Below, piece after piece: positions 42,439-51,892 of a stretch of 64,000 bases of DNA. The notes beneath the pieces were generated by a model. The model ran no database searches, was not told the DNA's origin, and saw nothing but the letters and a program-made list of their open reading frames with translations. This DNA is from an uncultured Gammaproteobacteria bacterium (GTDB taxonomy: Bacteria; Pseudomonadota; Gammaproteobacteria; JAURND01): positions 288,001 through 352,000 of the forward strand of contig CAVQQD010000003.1 in the NCBI GenBank assembly GCA_963714975.1, in the 5' to 3' direction. Position numbers and translations under genes: made by a program. Within the stretch, counting starts at the first letter, position 1; every line of letters starts with the position of its first letter.

Positions 42439-42814
42439 GGGAGAGTGGTAGTTATAAAAATATTCTCGGATTCACCTGATACAAGGTTGTAGGCTTTTTA
42501 GTATGGGTCAATTTAATGGGAAGACTAACTATATTACGTTGATGCAACCAAACTAATACTTTGGCCAATCGCTCGGGTTTGCGAAACCTTAATTTTCCTG
42601 TTCCCTGGATCCCTGTATCCATGTAGGGATGACGGGGGCTGCGGTGATTCGCCGAGAATTAGTTAGGTCGTGAATTAAATTCCCACCCTCTCCGCCGATT
42701 CCATTTTAGAATTGCTGCGTGTCGCTGTATCCTAAAATAACTTTGAACAATGTATCAGCATAAATTAGTTGTTTAGAAGGCTGCCCTGGAAACAGGAAGG
42801 GCAGCAATGAGAGT

Positions 42815-43876
42815 TCACTTTATAGTTGTATTTGGCGTTGATTCAGGATCTCTTTCAATAAGAGCAGTTTCTAGATATTCATGCTTTTGTCGATTATATT
42901 CCCCGTCAATTGTTACTATAAGAAGTACAAAAAGGAAGGCTTCCGCGAATATAAAAGGTAGAGGTCCAAGCCCATCCAGCGATCTCCCAATGTCTTGTAG
43001 TGATACAAAATGAAAAAGTAAAACATTTCCTGCTATCGCCGCTGCTGCTATAGTACTAACTGGTTTATAGGTATTTGAAACAAATGTTGACTTATCTACT
43101 TTAAAAGCCTCATAGTCAAAATAAAAATCCTTTAGCCCACGACCTAAATCATCATCAGAGCATTTCACTTGCTGATAGTATGTTACGGCTGAATTTGAGC
43201 TATTCTTGTCTTCTAACTGCTTATAATGGGCTGTATAGTATGCTGATTTGTCTGACCATGATTGTCGTTTCCGTGCCTCAGAAAACCCGTAATATTCTCC
43301 CCCAGGAGCTTTAGCATTTATCAGCTGGTTTGGGGAGTAATACTTGCTTCGACTAAGAGGCGTTAGAAATGTATAAACACTTTTGCTTTCCCCTTGAGGT
43401 GGCTCAAGCAATCTAAATATAGGAAAAGGCTCGTCAGTCATTGGACTTTGACCTGCTGCCAAAATTTTGCAATAAGGACGGCGCGTTGGCGATTTAGGTG
43501 CTTTGCCGCCTTTAAAACCGAGGTCTTGCTTTAAGAGGTCGACAAGCTTGTTAATTTCTACACCATCTTGCTCTTGCTCTTTAGCCTCCTCTAAACCCAC
43601 GACACGTGTTAGCTTGAATCGTTGTCCTGACTCTGACGATTCATCGTTGATACTAGTAACTTGGTAATCCCCCAAGAATATTTTTTCTGAATGACCACCC
43701 TGCGTCTGGTCTAAAATATGTTTGATCTCATTAAGAAAAATGTTATCAATACGCTCCTCTAACAATTCTTTACGTGTTTTCTGGTTTGGTTTAGCTAGAA
43801 CGGAAGGGTCAGGTGGGATTACAGCATATTCATACAATGTCAACTCGTTGTGTAATTCAGTTGTACCTTGTTGCAT
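42815..43876 (-). CDS. Hypothetical protein with two C-terminal TM segments, paralog B
   Basis: 353-aa ORF sharing LKQDLGFKGGKAPKSP and YYQQVKCSDDDLG with paralog A. Confidence 0.8.
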   Translation of the reverse strand: MQQGTTELHNELTLYEYAVIPPDPSVLAKPNQKTRKELLEERIDNIFLNEIKHILDQTQGGHSEKIFLGDYQVTSINDESSESGQRFKLTRVVGLEEAKEQEQDGVEINKLVDLLKQDLGFKGGKAPKSPTRRPYCKILAAGQSPMTDEPFPIFRLLEPPQGESKSVYTFLTPLSRSKYYSPNQLINAKAPGGEYYGFSEARKRQSWSDKSAYYTAHYKQLEDKNSSNSAVTYYQQVKCSDDDLGRGLKDFYFDYEAFKVDKSTFVSNTYKPVSTIAAAAIAGNVLLFHFVSLQDIGRSLDGLGPLPFIFAEAFLFVLLIVTIDGEYNRQKHEYLETALIERDPESTPNTTIK

Positions 43877-44216
43877 ATTTAATTTCCTCTTAGATTAAAT
43901 TTTGGCTAATTTATCAAATAATTCGTTGTTTTACAATTAATTGTTTTTGGGTTAGCGGCAATTTAGTAATGTCTGCTGGAGAGAAAGAAGCCTTATCTGA
44001 GTTATGAAAAGGTGATATTTCTAAATTGCTTTACTATCGAAGGTTATTGGTGGTATTGCGGCCGTGGGCTTATGCCCACGATTCTTGCGATTAATTATGG
44101 CCTTTTTGTGAAAAGCAAATTTTCGTTACAACAGCACTCAACGAAATACGGTATTGATAATTCTCTCTCGACATTTATAGTGAGCAGCCTCTGCCACTAC
44201 TTTATGCGAGAAAATT

Positions 44217-45221
44217 ATGTCCCCCAAAAATAAAACTATTGATCTTCCTGTTCCTAATACTCCTCACGACAATTTTTTTGTGAACTGCTTGTCAGACTTA
44301 ACCACCGCTAAGGAATTTCTATTACAGCATCTTCCACAACCACTGTTGGATGTCTTGGATTTGACCACCCTGGAAATAGATCACAGTCGCTTCGTGAGTT
44401 CTATTTTATGTTCTCGCTATGCCGATATTGTATTTAAGGCGCGACTTAAAAATTCCCAACAAACAGCCTTGATCATTACCCATATTGAGCATCAATTGAC
44501 TCCAAAGAGGGATATGCCAGTACGTGTTTTGCTTTATCAGACCGGAGTTATTAAAGATTATTGGTACCGATGCAAACAAATTCCCCTGGTGTATTCGATA
44601 GTTTATTACAATGGCAAAGAGGTTTGGCATTATCCCACTGACCTTAAGGCGATGATCAATGCGTCAGCGGATCTAATTGACCGTTATTTTCTCCAGCCTT
44701 TTCAATTAATACACTCAAAAGAAGTCCCTGATGAAGCATCAGGGCAAACTTTCCTGTTGGATTTGATGCAAATAACCATGGGGCATATTCACGATAGTGA
44801 TATGCTACCAGTATTTAAAGAGAAAATAATGGGCAGGTTAATTACCGCTGAAAAACACGGTAGACAAGATTTAATCTTAATCGTAATATACTATATTATA
44901 AGTACCGGTGAAATTAGCGATAAAAATGCTTTTTATGCGCTGGTTGATTCCCAATTATCTCAAGAAACTGGAGAAAAAGTTATGACTTTAGCACAACAGT
45001 GGCGTGAAGAAGGGCGCCAAGAAGAAAGAGAAAAAACTATGACTTTAGCTCAGCAGTGGCGTGAAGAAGGACGCCAAGAAGAAAGAGAAAAAACTATGAC
45101 TTTAGCACAGCAGTGGCGTGAAGAGGGGCACCAAGAAGAAAGGTTGATAGTAGCTGCTTCTATGTTAGAACAAGGCTTTAGTCCCGAAGTGATTGCTCAA
45201 GTCACCGGCTTATCTGTGTAA
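44217..45221 (+). CDS. Rpn-family (YhgA-like) nuclease with three C-terminal 19-aa repeats
   Basis: PHDNFF, YADIVF, IEHQ, VYYNG and MTLAQQWREEG x3. Confidence 0.9.
   Translation: MSPKNKTIDLPVPNTPHDNFFVNCLSDLTTAKEFLLQHLPQPLLDVLDLTTLEIDHSRFVSSILCSRYADIVFKARLKNSQQTALIITHIEHQLTPKRDMPVRVLLYQTGVIKDYWYRCKQIPLVYSIVYYNGKEVWHYPTDLKAMINASADLIDRYFLQPFQLIHSKEVPDEASGQTFLLDLMQITMGHIHDSDMLPVFKEKIMGRLITAEKHGRQDLILIVIYYIISTGEISDKNAFYALVDSQLSQETGEKVMTLAQQWREEGRQEEREKTMTLAQQWREEGRQEEREKTMTLAQQWREEGHQEERLIVAASMLEQGFSPEVIAQVTGLSV
44971..45141 (+). repeat. 3 x 57-bp coding tandem repeat
   Basis: Units start at 44971, 45028 and 45085. Confidence 0.9.
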
Positions 45222-45498
45222 AGGTTTATCAAATTGCGCTGAAAAACACCTTCCTTCAGGAAGGTGATGAAAAACGCGCATTTTTCTTTTGATTGTTTTG
45301 TAGGTCAAGAGTATACTTCACGAATGAAATTTTAGCGGCACAAAAATTCGTAATTCTCTTTAATGCAGCTCATCAAAAGTATCCAGGCTATTATCGAAAA
45401 ACTAATCAGGTGAGTAAATGTAGTTCGTACCTCAATCCACTTTCCCTTGGGAAATTATTTTTGTCCCCTACAGAGATGCTGTACTTCTTACTGAGGTT

Positions 45499-45531
45499 GT
45501 TAATATTCAGTTAAGTTTTATGAAATAGAAT
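45499..45531 (+). promoter_or_regulatory. PmrA-like box plus -10
   Basis: GTTAATATTCAGTTAAG-10 nt-TAGAAT. Confidence 0.6.
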
Positions 45532-45577
45532 GGCTTAATATTGAATGGTGAAAACAACCTAATAATGAAACTAGGGT

Positions 45578-48500
45578 ATGGCCAAAACTAACGAGCCCAA
45601 GACACAGGTGCATTCTGTGGTAAATAGTCTTTTTTATCCTAAAACCAAAGCAGGTAAGGTAGCGCTGGTCAGCAGCAAAGCCGTGCTTGTTGGCACTGCA
45701 AGCCCTGCTGTAGTGGCTTTCATCTGTTATGTCCTGCCGCTAGGAATCGATTATTTTGCCGCCAATATTCTAGATAAATCAGATGTAGATGCGGCAGGTA
45801 AGGTAAAAGCTTGGACAATAGAGCATATTGAACAACTGAAATTGACCGCAGAAATTTATGGGGCAGCGATGGGCTTGCTGTTATTAGCAGCTCTTGCTGC
45901 TGCTGCGTATGCCAATTGTCAATCTAAGGTTCCAGATAAGAGTATAGGTTCTCCCGTTGAGGAACGAAAAATAAGGTCCTTCTCCAAGGAAGAGAATCCC
46001 TATACTATCCGAACTCGGCACGATGTAGCAGAGACTGATATCCAAAAATTCCAGAAAGAGAATAAAGAGGCAAAATTAAGGGTTTATGGGCCCGATTGGA
46101 TCAAGGAAGAATTGAACAAAATTTGGGGGGAATTTGCAGGCAAACATTTCAAAATTATAGATGGTCAGGGGGTAGAAATCCAAACCCTTATTGTTCCCAA
46201 AGAGCCCAGCTTAGAATTTTTGCAGTTATTGGCTCGTAATGAAGAAATGAATACCAATGGAGAAATAAAAACAGCTTATTACAATAATTTTCAAGGAATT
46301 AGTCGTAAGGCAGTGCTCACTCTTAAAGATTTGGTAAGGCACACGCTGCTTATCTCTAAAGCAAAATTTAAGAGCGAGGGGGGCTATAAAGGAAGAATAG
46401 TAGAGTATAAAAGACCTAAAGAGGCCTATATCATTGACTTATGTGGCCCTCAATTTCAGCAAAAATATAATTATGGTCGCAATTTATTTATTCCCCAAAC
46501 ACCCTATCCCCCTGATAAGAGCGCCACTGTTTATGAGCGATTAACGGGGCATCCACCCCTGCTTTTTGCTGATATAAAGCAGAAAATAGATCGGGGTGAC
46601 CCCTCTTATACTCAACGATATACCTTTTTCACCTGGAGGGGTGACTTGGGATATTTTGATCGCTATGCGTATAAGCAGATGGTGAGCCAAGATTTTTATT
46701 TAAGTGCCATGGCAATCCAGGATTTGGCCCAAGCAGATCAGCAAGAAATCGATTTTCGTTTTTTATCCTATGGAACAGGCGCTTTTGCCGGCCCATTTGC
46801 TACTATACTCAAAGCCAATATCTTAGATGGGGTGCTGGATGGTCTAGAAAAATTAGCAGCCCAGGGTTTCTTTCCTTCGCAAATCAAACGCCTCACTTTT
46901 CCTCATTACGATGGAGCAAGTTGGGAGCAGAAGCAAAAAATTCAAGCGTTTTGTACGCGTTATGGTCTCGATTGCGAATTCACGAGCCAAGATGCTTTAT
47001 ACCAAAACCCTAATAAAACACCATACACCATCGCTGTTACTTCGACAGGGGACCCGAATGCTCCATTTGCTAATGAAGTCCGGTATCGTAGTAGTGTCGA
47101 TGCCATGTTAGGCTGTAATGAGGTAAATCGGGGTCTGGGTCTGCATCCTCTACTAGTTAAGCCCACTGAGCACTTAATTGCTATTCCAATGGCCCGGCCC
47201 TTGAGTATGGATTACTATAAAGCAGCACAGTATGTGGAGAAGGAGTATAAAGATTCTAACCTTATTCCCAGCTGTGCCAGCTATTATTTCCTGCCTGTGG
47301 TATTGGATTTTCTTATCGCAGATGCTACAGATCCGAAATTAGTAAAGTTTTGTAAAAATATTGCCAGTTCTCCTCAGGCTTTGGCCAGGCTGCGTGCGGC
47401 CCTGCTTTTTACCCTAATCGAAAAATCGAGCGAGTCGCCACCCAATATAGCCCAAAATATGGCTGATTATTTTAGTTCTCAAGGAGTTCCTGTTCACACC
47501 TCCAAAATATTTGCTGAGGCTTTAAGGGAGATGCATAACTCAGAATGCAAATTCTCTTGCCCTGAAGCGAGATACCTTAAAGACTTACTTACTTTCAGCC
47601 ATAAGCTAGTTAAAAAAGTCGACCTGCAAGAGTTACAGAAAGTTTACACAAAAGGGGAAATTACCGGGGAAAAGTTAAAGATTTTACAAAACTATGCAGC
47701 AGAGTTGATCGAAGCTGCGAAGGAAATAAATACTGGGGATAAGGTTTTAGAACAGATGGCGCTTGTACCCAGCCCTGAGTTTTATTCTAGATCGGAAAAG
47801 CTAAAAATTAGGGAATGTAATGAAGTAGTTAGAGCACCCATTGTTGGGTTGAGTCTAGTGAGTCTCTTTGCTAAAAAACCTTTAGCAACCGCTCTTAAGG
47901 GAACTGATTATGTATTTGTGCCCGATCAAAGACAATTTTTGTATGATACCGAACAAACCATCCAGCTTGCCTCGTTACCAATGGAACAAATCCAAGCACA
48001 AAACTGCGCTACCACGTTGCAGAAGCAATTGGATCAACAAGGAGCTTGGGGGCTAGCTGCTTCTATCAATAATGGACGAGTCTATATTACCGGGGACCCT
48101 GAGGTCCTCAAAACTTTGCGGGCCCCCACCGCTGCTGAATTTAAACCAGAACTACCAGACTTCAAGCCTGCTATTCAGGTAGGTAACTTACTGAGGGCTT
48201 TGATTGAGAATAAGTTATCTGCTGGTTTACACGGTTTTGAGGTGCAAGCCAATACTTGTCCGCAAAATGTTATGGCGTTGAGTAATCACTTGAGCATTGA
48301 TTCTGCCGACCAGGCGCGAGAGTTAGGGGGAAAACTTAAAGAACTTAATAAAACTCACCTGCCAGGTTCAGGTGTGTACCTGACTTTAACTCGAAATCAC
48401 GATAATTTGTACCAAATTATGCTGTTAGGTAGTCCCAGAGCCTTGCAGAATTTTATATTTGAGAGCTCTCGTTTGCTCGAAAATCAAAAGAACTATAGGC

Positions 48501-49471
48501 CTCTTATAAAAGAACCGCCGGAAGAGACACCTCAAGAAATAAAGTTTCGGTCCACAAGTTTGCCAGATGCCTCCTCTCAGCAGATTATTGGAAACCTTGA
48601 TAGTGGAAAATCAGGCTTCACAACTACACCATTAGATGAAGCCAAGCAGTATGTTTTCCCCCCAGAATTTTTCCAATCTCCAGGTGCCAAAGAAATTTTA
48701 TCCGAATCCGAGCGAGAAGAATTTGAAAAAGAATATAAACAATTATTAGCAAGGGGAACTTTGATTTATCAAGTAGAAAGCAAGAGAATATCTCTCGTAT
48801 ATATAAAAAATATTGGAGGAGAAGAGGGTTTTGGCACTTCCGCAATGAGTCATTTGATGAAATTAAGCTTTGCTATGAAAAAGCCGCTTTATACTAACGC
48901 GGTTGAATCCTCCCACGGTTTTTACGACAAGATGGGCTGGATTCCAGCACGAAAAACTTGTTCCTATGTTTATGAAAAATATGGAGCACCTGCTGGTGAT
49001 GCGGTAAGTAAGTTATGTTCCTGCTCTCCAGGGGCCGATATAGCTCAGATGGATGGCTTAGATATCAAGGAGTTAAAAAGAATCTTAAGCTCGGAAAAGA
49101 ATTTCCCAACGGAAACAATCACTGCTGACATGCTCCGGGAGGAGCAGGGATGGTTTGCTGAATTACAGAAAAAAACGTTGCCTTACTGTAGCAATTACTA
49201 TATTCCTGCCCGGCTTTTGGCATTGAAAAAAGGTGAAAAACGTGACTCATCTGGATGGATGGACCCTGAGGAGATGATCCCTTCGTCTCTGGGCATAGTT
49301 CGCTGGAAAGAGTCTATAGAGCAGAACAAAAATTTCGAGCCATTTCGTGATTGCGCTCATCTCGTACCCTTTATGACTCCTGAACAGAGAGCAGCGCGAG
49401 ATCAAATTCTTGCTAGCACTGACTTATCTTCTTCCTTATCAAATTCAGTTTCGTTGAGCACGAATAGCTAG
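45578..49471 (+). CDS. Large hypothetical protein (N-terminal TMs, possible macrodomain-like and GNAT-like domains); candidate effector
   Basis: 1297-aa ORF; YGTGAFAG...GDPNAPFANE; GFGTSAM...SHGFYDKMGW. Confidence 0.7.
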   Translation: MAKTNEPKTQVHSVVNSLFYPKTKAGKVALVSSKAVLVGTASPAVVAFICYVLPLGIDYFAANILDKSDVDAAGKVKAWTIEHIEQLKLTAEIYGAAMGLLLLAALAAAAYANCQSKVPDKSIGSPVEERKIRSFSKEENPYTIRTRHDVAETDIQKFQKENKEAKLRVYGPDWIKEELNKIWGEFAGKHFKIIDGQGVEIQTLIVPKEPSLEFLQLLARNEEMNTNGEIKTAYYNNFQGISRKAVLTLKDLVRHTLLISKAKFKSEGGYKGRIVEYKRPKEAYIIDLCGPQFQQKYNYGRNLFIPQTPYPPDKSATVYERLTGHPPLLFADIKQKIDRGDPSYTQRYTFFTWRGDLGYFDRYAYKQMVSQDFYLSAMAIQDLAQADQQEIDFRFLSYGTGAFAGPFATILKANILDGVLDGLEKLAAQGFFPSQIKRLTFPHYDGASWEQKQKIQAFCTRYGLDCEFTSQDALYQNPNKTPYTIAVTSTGDPNAPFANEVRYRSSVDAMLGCNEVNRGLGLHPLLVKPTEHLIAIPMARPLSMDYYKAAQYVEKEYKDSNLIPSCASYYFLPVVLDFLIADATDPKLVKFCKNIASSPQALARLRAALLFTLIEKSSESPPNIAQNMADYFSSQGVPVHTSKIFAEALREMHNSECKFSCPEARYLKDLLTFSHKLVKKVDLQELQKVYTKGEITGEKLKILQNYAAELIEAAKEINTGDKVLEQMALVPSPEFYSRSEKLKIRECNEVVRAPIVGLSLVSLFAKKPLATALKGTDYVFVPDQRQFLYDTEQTIQLASLPMEQIQAQNCATTLQKQLDQQGAWGLAASINNGRVYITGDPEVLKTLRAPTAAEFKPELPDFKPAIQVGNLLRALIENKLSAGLHGFEVQANTCPQNVMALSNHLSIDSADQARELGGKLKELNKTHLPGSGVYLTLTRNHDNLYQIMLLGSPRALQNFIFESSRLLENQKNYRPLIKEPPEETPQEIKFRSTSLPDASSQQIIGNLDSGKSGFTTTPLDEAKQYVFPPEFFQSPGAKEILSESEREEFEKEYKQLLARGTLIYQVESKRISLVYIKNIGGEEGFGTSAMSHLMKLSFAMKKPLYTNAVESSHGFYDKMGWIPARKTCSYVYEKYGAPAGDAVSKLCSCSPGADIAQMDGLDIKELKRILSSEKNFPTETITADMLREEQGWFAELQKKTLPYCSNYYIPARLLALKKGEKRDSSGWMDPEEMIPSSLGIVRWKESIEQNKNFEPFRDCAHLVPFMTPEQRAARDQILASTDLSSSLSNSVSLSTNS

Positions 49472-49645
49472 AGATTTCACTCCTGCGCTTGTATTGTAAT
49501 TTTTTTTTTGGTACATTGCCGTTTGCTATTTTGTGGGATGCTTTAGCTTTCTAGCTAGAGAGGAGCCAAAATAACTCGCGGGATATGGGCTTTCCCTTTC
49601 CAAAATGTTTGAAATAATATTCCTAAATAAATGGAGATTGAAATT

Positions 49646-50284
49646 ATGCGTATTTTCTTGGCTTTTTTGGCAGCTGCGGGAGTAGCTTTAGCTGCAGGTT
49701 GCCAAAAACATGAACAAACCACATCGGCTGAAACTAGCGTTGCTACCCCAGCAGAACCTACAACTACCGGTGATGAAACAGCAACGCCTGCTACCGAACA
49801 ACCGGCTCCCCCTTCGGTTCCTCCGGCTGCCCCTTCGGTTCCTGATACCTCTGGAACTAACAATGCTCCAATAACCGATCAGCAAGTAACTCCGCCGGCG
49901 CCAGTCACGGATCAACAATCGGTTGCACCATCAGTTCCCAATTCTTCAGATCAATCATTAAATACGTTAGATCAGTCTAACACTTCCAATGCGCCTGCTT
50001 TAATTGAGCCAACGCAGCAGCAGTATCCATCAGCTTCTGGTGCTCCTACACCTAACACGCCGTCTACTTCGCCGGGTATGCCTGGTGACACTTCTGCTCC
50101 TGGTGCCGCCCCAACCACACAGCAACCAGCTGCGCCTGCTACTGACATGAACCAGCCATCTACAGTTCCTGGAACAGACAATAACGGCGCTTCGCAACCG
50201 GTACCTGCTTATCCAGCACCTTCGGACAATACAAACCCGAGTTCTGCTGTGCCTGGAACATCAGATCAAACCAATACTGACTAA
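49646..50284 (+). CDS. Pro/Thr/Ser-rich lipoprotein
   Basis: Lipobox AAGC; low-complexity body. Confidence 0.75.
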   Translation: MRIFLAFLAAAGVALAAGCQKHEQTTSAETSVATPAEPTTTGDETATPATEQPAPPSVPPAAPSVPDTSGTNNAPITDQQVTPPAPVTDQQSVAPSVPNSSDQSLNTLDQSNTSNAPALIEPTQQQYPSASGAPTPNTPSTSPGMPGDTSAPGAAPTTQQPAAPATDMNQPSTVPGTDNNGASQPVPAYPAPSDNTNPSSAVPGTSDQTNTD

Positions 50285-50366
50285 ACAGGGGGGTTGGTAG
50301 AATTATAAAGCCGCTATTTGCTGTATAAGTAATAGCGGCTTTGTTTTTTTGAGAAAAACTATGTCT

Positions 50367-50900
50367 ATGTACAAGTGCTTAATTATTTTAATCTGTTCCA
50401 TTTTATTAGTAGCTTGCGCTTCAGTTACACCAGAAGGACTGGGGATTTCTCAGGATCAGTGGAATCAATATAGTCAAGCCCAAAAAGAACAAATTGTTCA
50501 GGGCTATCATGAAGTGCAAAAATTACCAAAACAAAAATACCGAACTAGCCGTAATTCTGTGTTATCGGTAACCATCAGTGGTGGCCAGGCGTTACTGCCA
50601 CCTTTTACCCATTTGCAATCTTATCAGCCAATTGCTTTTGAGATTAAAGAAGGGGATTGCCAGATTAAGCTTCCTGTGAAGCCGTCATCTCAATCTGGGC
50701 AAAAAGGAACTACTTTAAAGGCTTGCTATAAAGGGGGTACCTTATTTCTCGATCCCAGTGTCTATTTGCCCAGTCAAGCAAATGGTTCCATACAATTTGC
50801 TGCTATGCCAGTCTGGAATCGTGGTTTTAATTACCCTGGGGTCAGCAGCTCAGGCATAGTCAAATTGACGCATGTGAATGTTTATATCAAAGAGCATTAA
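50367..50900 (+). CDS. Hypothetical lipoprotein
   Basis: Lipobox LVAC. Confidence 0.7.
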   Translation: MYKCLIILICSILLVACASVTPEGLGISQDQWNQYSQAQKEQIVQGYHEVQKLPKQKYRTSRNSVLSVTISGGQALLPPFTHLQSYQPIAFEIKEGDCQIKLPVKPSSQSGQKGTTLKACYKGGTLFLDPSVYLPSQANGSIQFAAMPVWNRGFNYPGVSSSGIVKLTHVNVYIKEH

Positions 50901-51758
50901 GTGTCGCGTATTTTAGCCATTGAAACTAGTTTGCAGGCCTGCGCTGTCGCCATCCAGATAGGATCACAACAGCATTATCATGCTAAAGTTGCTGGGCAAC
51001 AGCAGTCTCATCATGTCTTGGAGTTAATTGCGCAGGTACTGGCAATGGCTAAGGTTAATTTAAATCAATTAGATGCCCTGGCGTTTGCAGCAGGCCCAGG
51101 GAGTTTTACCGGTATTCGTTTAGCGGCAAGTGTTGCGCAAGGGATTGCCTTTGCTGGGAATTTACCTGTAATCCCGGTGTCTACCTTGCGCACCCTTGCT
51201 CAAGTGGCGCATACCCAATTAGCTGCAAATTTAGTGATGGTAGCGACGGACGCCCATCGGGGCGATATTTACTGGGGAGTTTATCAATTATCTGCGGACG
51301 GAATAATGCATTCGATGCAGAGCGATGCTCGTTGTAAGCCGATTGAGGCTTTTGCCCGTGGGGTGCAGCACAATACTTTGGGAGTTGATCAGCAATTTCC
51401 GCTCTTCTGTAGTGTAGATCCGACGGGTGACGCGCAGGCGGGGACCCCAGCGCGCGCAGGAACGAGCACGGTGGGGTGCCGCAGCGGCAGGACCCGTCGA
51501 GAATCAGGGCTTCAGCGGGAATTGCTGGGAATTGGTGAGGGCTGGAGGCTTTATCAACCAGAATTACAGGCTAGATTTCCACAGATTACGATAGCTTCTG
51601 GGCCTATTGAGGCCCATGCGCAAGAAGTGGCTAAAATAGGCACCGCTGATTTTTTACGCGGTAATTATGTCCGACCTGAAGCAGCCTCGCCGAATTATTT
51701 ATTGGATGCGAGTAGTTGGTCTCCTAAATCCCCCTCTCCCCCACCAAATCCCCCTTAG
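50901..51758 (+). CDS. tsaB: t6A biosynthesis protein TsaB (with in-frame insert)
   Basis: ILAIETS, GPGSFTGIR and VSTL motifs. Confidence 0.92.
   Translation: MSRILAIETSLQACAVAIQIGSQQHYHAKVAGQQQSHHVLELIAQVLAMAKVNLNQLDALAFAAGPGSFTGIRLAASVAQGIAFAGNLPVIPVSTLRTLAQVAHTQLAANLVMVATDAHRGDIYWGVYQLSADGIMHSMQSDARCKPIEAFARGVQHNTLGVDQQFPLFCSVDPTGDAQAGTPARAGTSTVGCRSGRTRRESGLQRELLGIGEGWRLYQPELQARFPQITIASGPIEAHAQEVAKIGTADFLRGNYVRPEAASPNYLLDASSWSPKSPSPPPNPP
51391..51526. repeat. Family D palindromic element in frame within tsaB
   Basis: Outer IR agcaatttccgct/agcgggaattgct and inner IR cgacgggt/acccgtcg; core similar to 10127-10198. Confidence 0.8.
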
Positions 51759-51877
51759 CCCCCTTCTGACCCCCTCTCCCACCTTCCCTCGCTGGCGCTC
51801 GGGTGGGGGAGAGGGGGTCAGAAGGGGGGGTAGGGGGGATTTGGAAGGCGGGAGAGGGCTGGGGAGAGGGGGATTTA
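51725..51877. repeat. About 150-bp family A C-rich/G-rich hairpin between tsaB and hemL
   Basis: taaatccccctctcccc ... ggggagagggggattta. Confidence 0.85.
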
Positions 51878-51892
51878 ATCGGAGGAATATGC

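Larger units (their letters stand above)
37406..42696. mobile_element. Decayed genomic island at tRNA-Ser
   Basis: 16-bp direct repeat tcccaccctctccgcc of the tRNA 3' end at 37406-37421 and 42681-42696; mobile cargo; no integrase seen. Confidence 0.65.

Noticed and set aside
37423-42696. Active prophage or ICE
   Set aside because: No integrase, structural or conjugation genes; only att-like repeats and decayed cargo.
51803-51892. Gly-rich N-terminal extension of HemL and nearby Pro/Gly ORFs
   Set aside because: These translate the G/C-rich hairpin. A GGAGG RBS supports the start at 51893.
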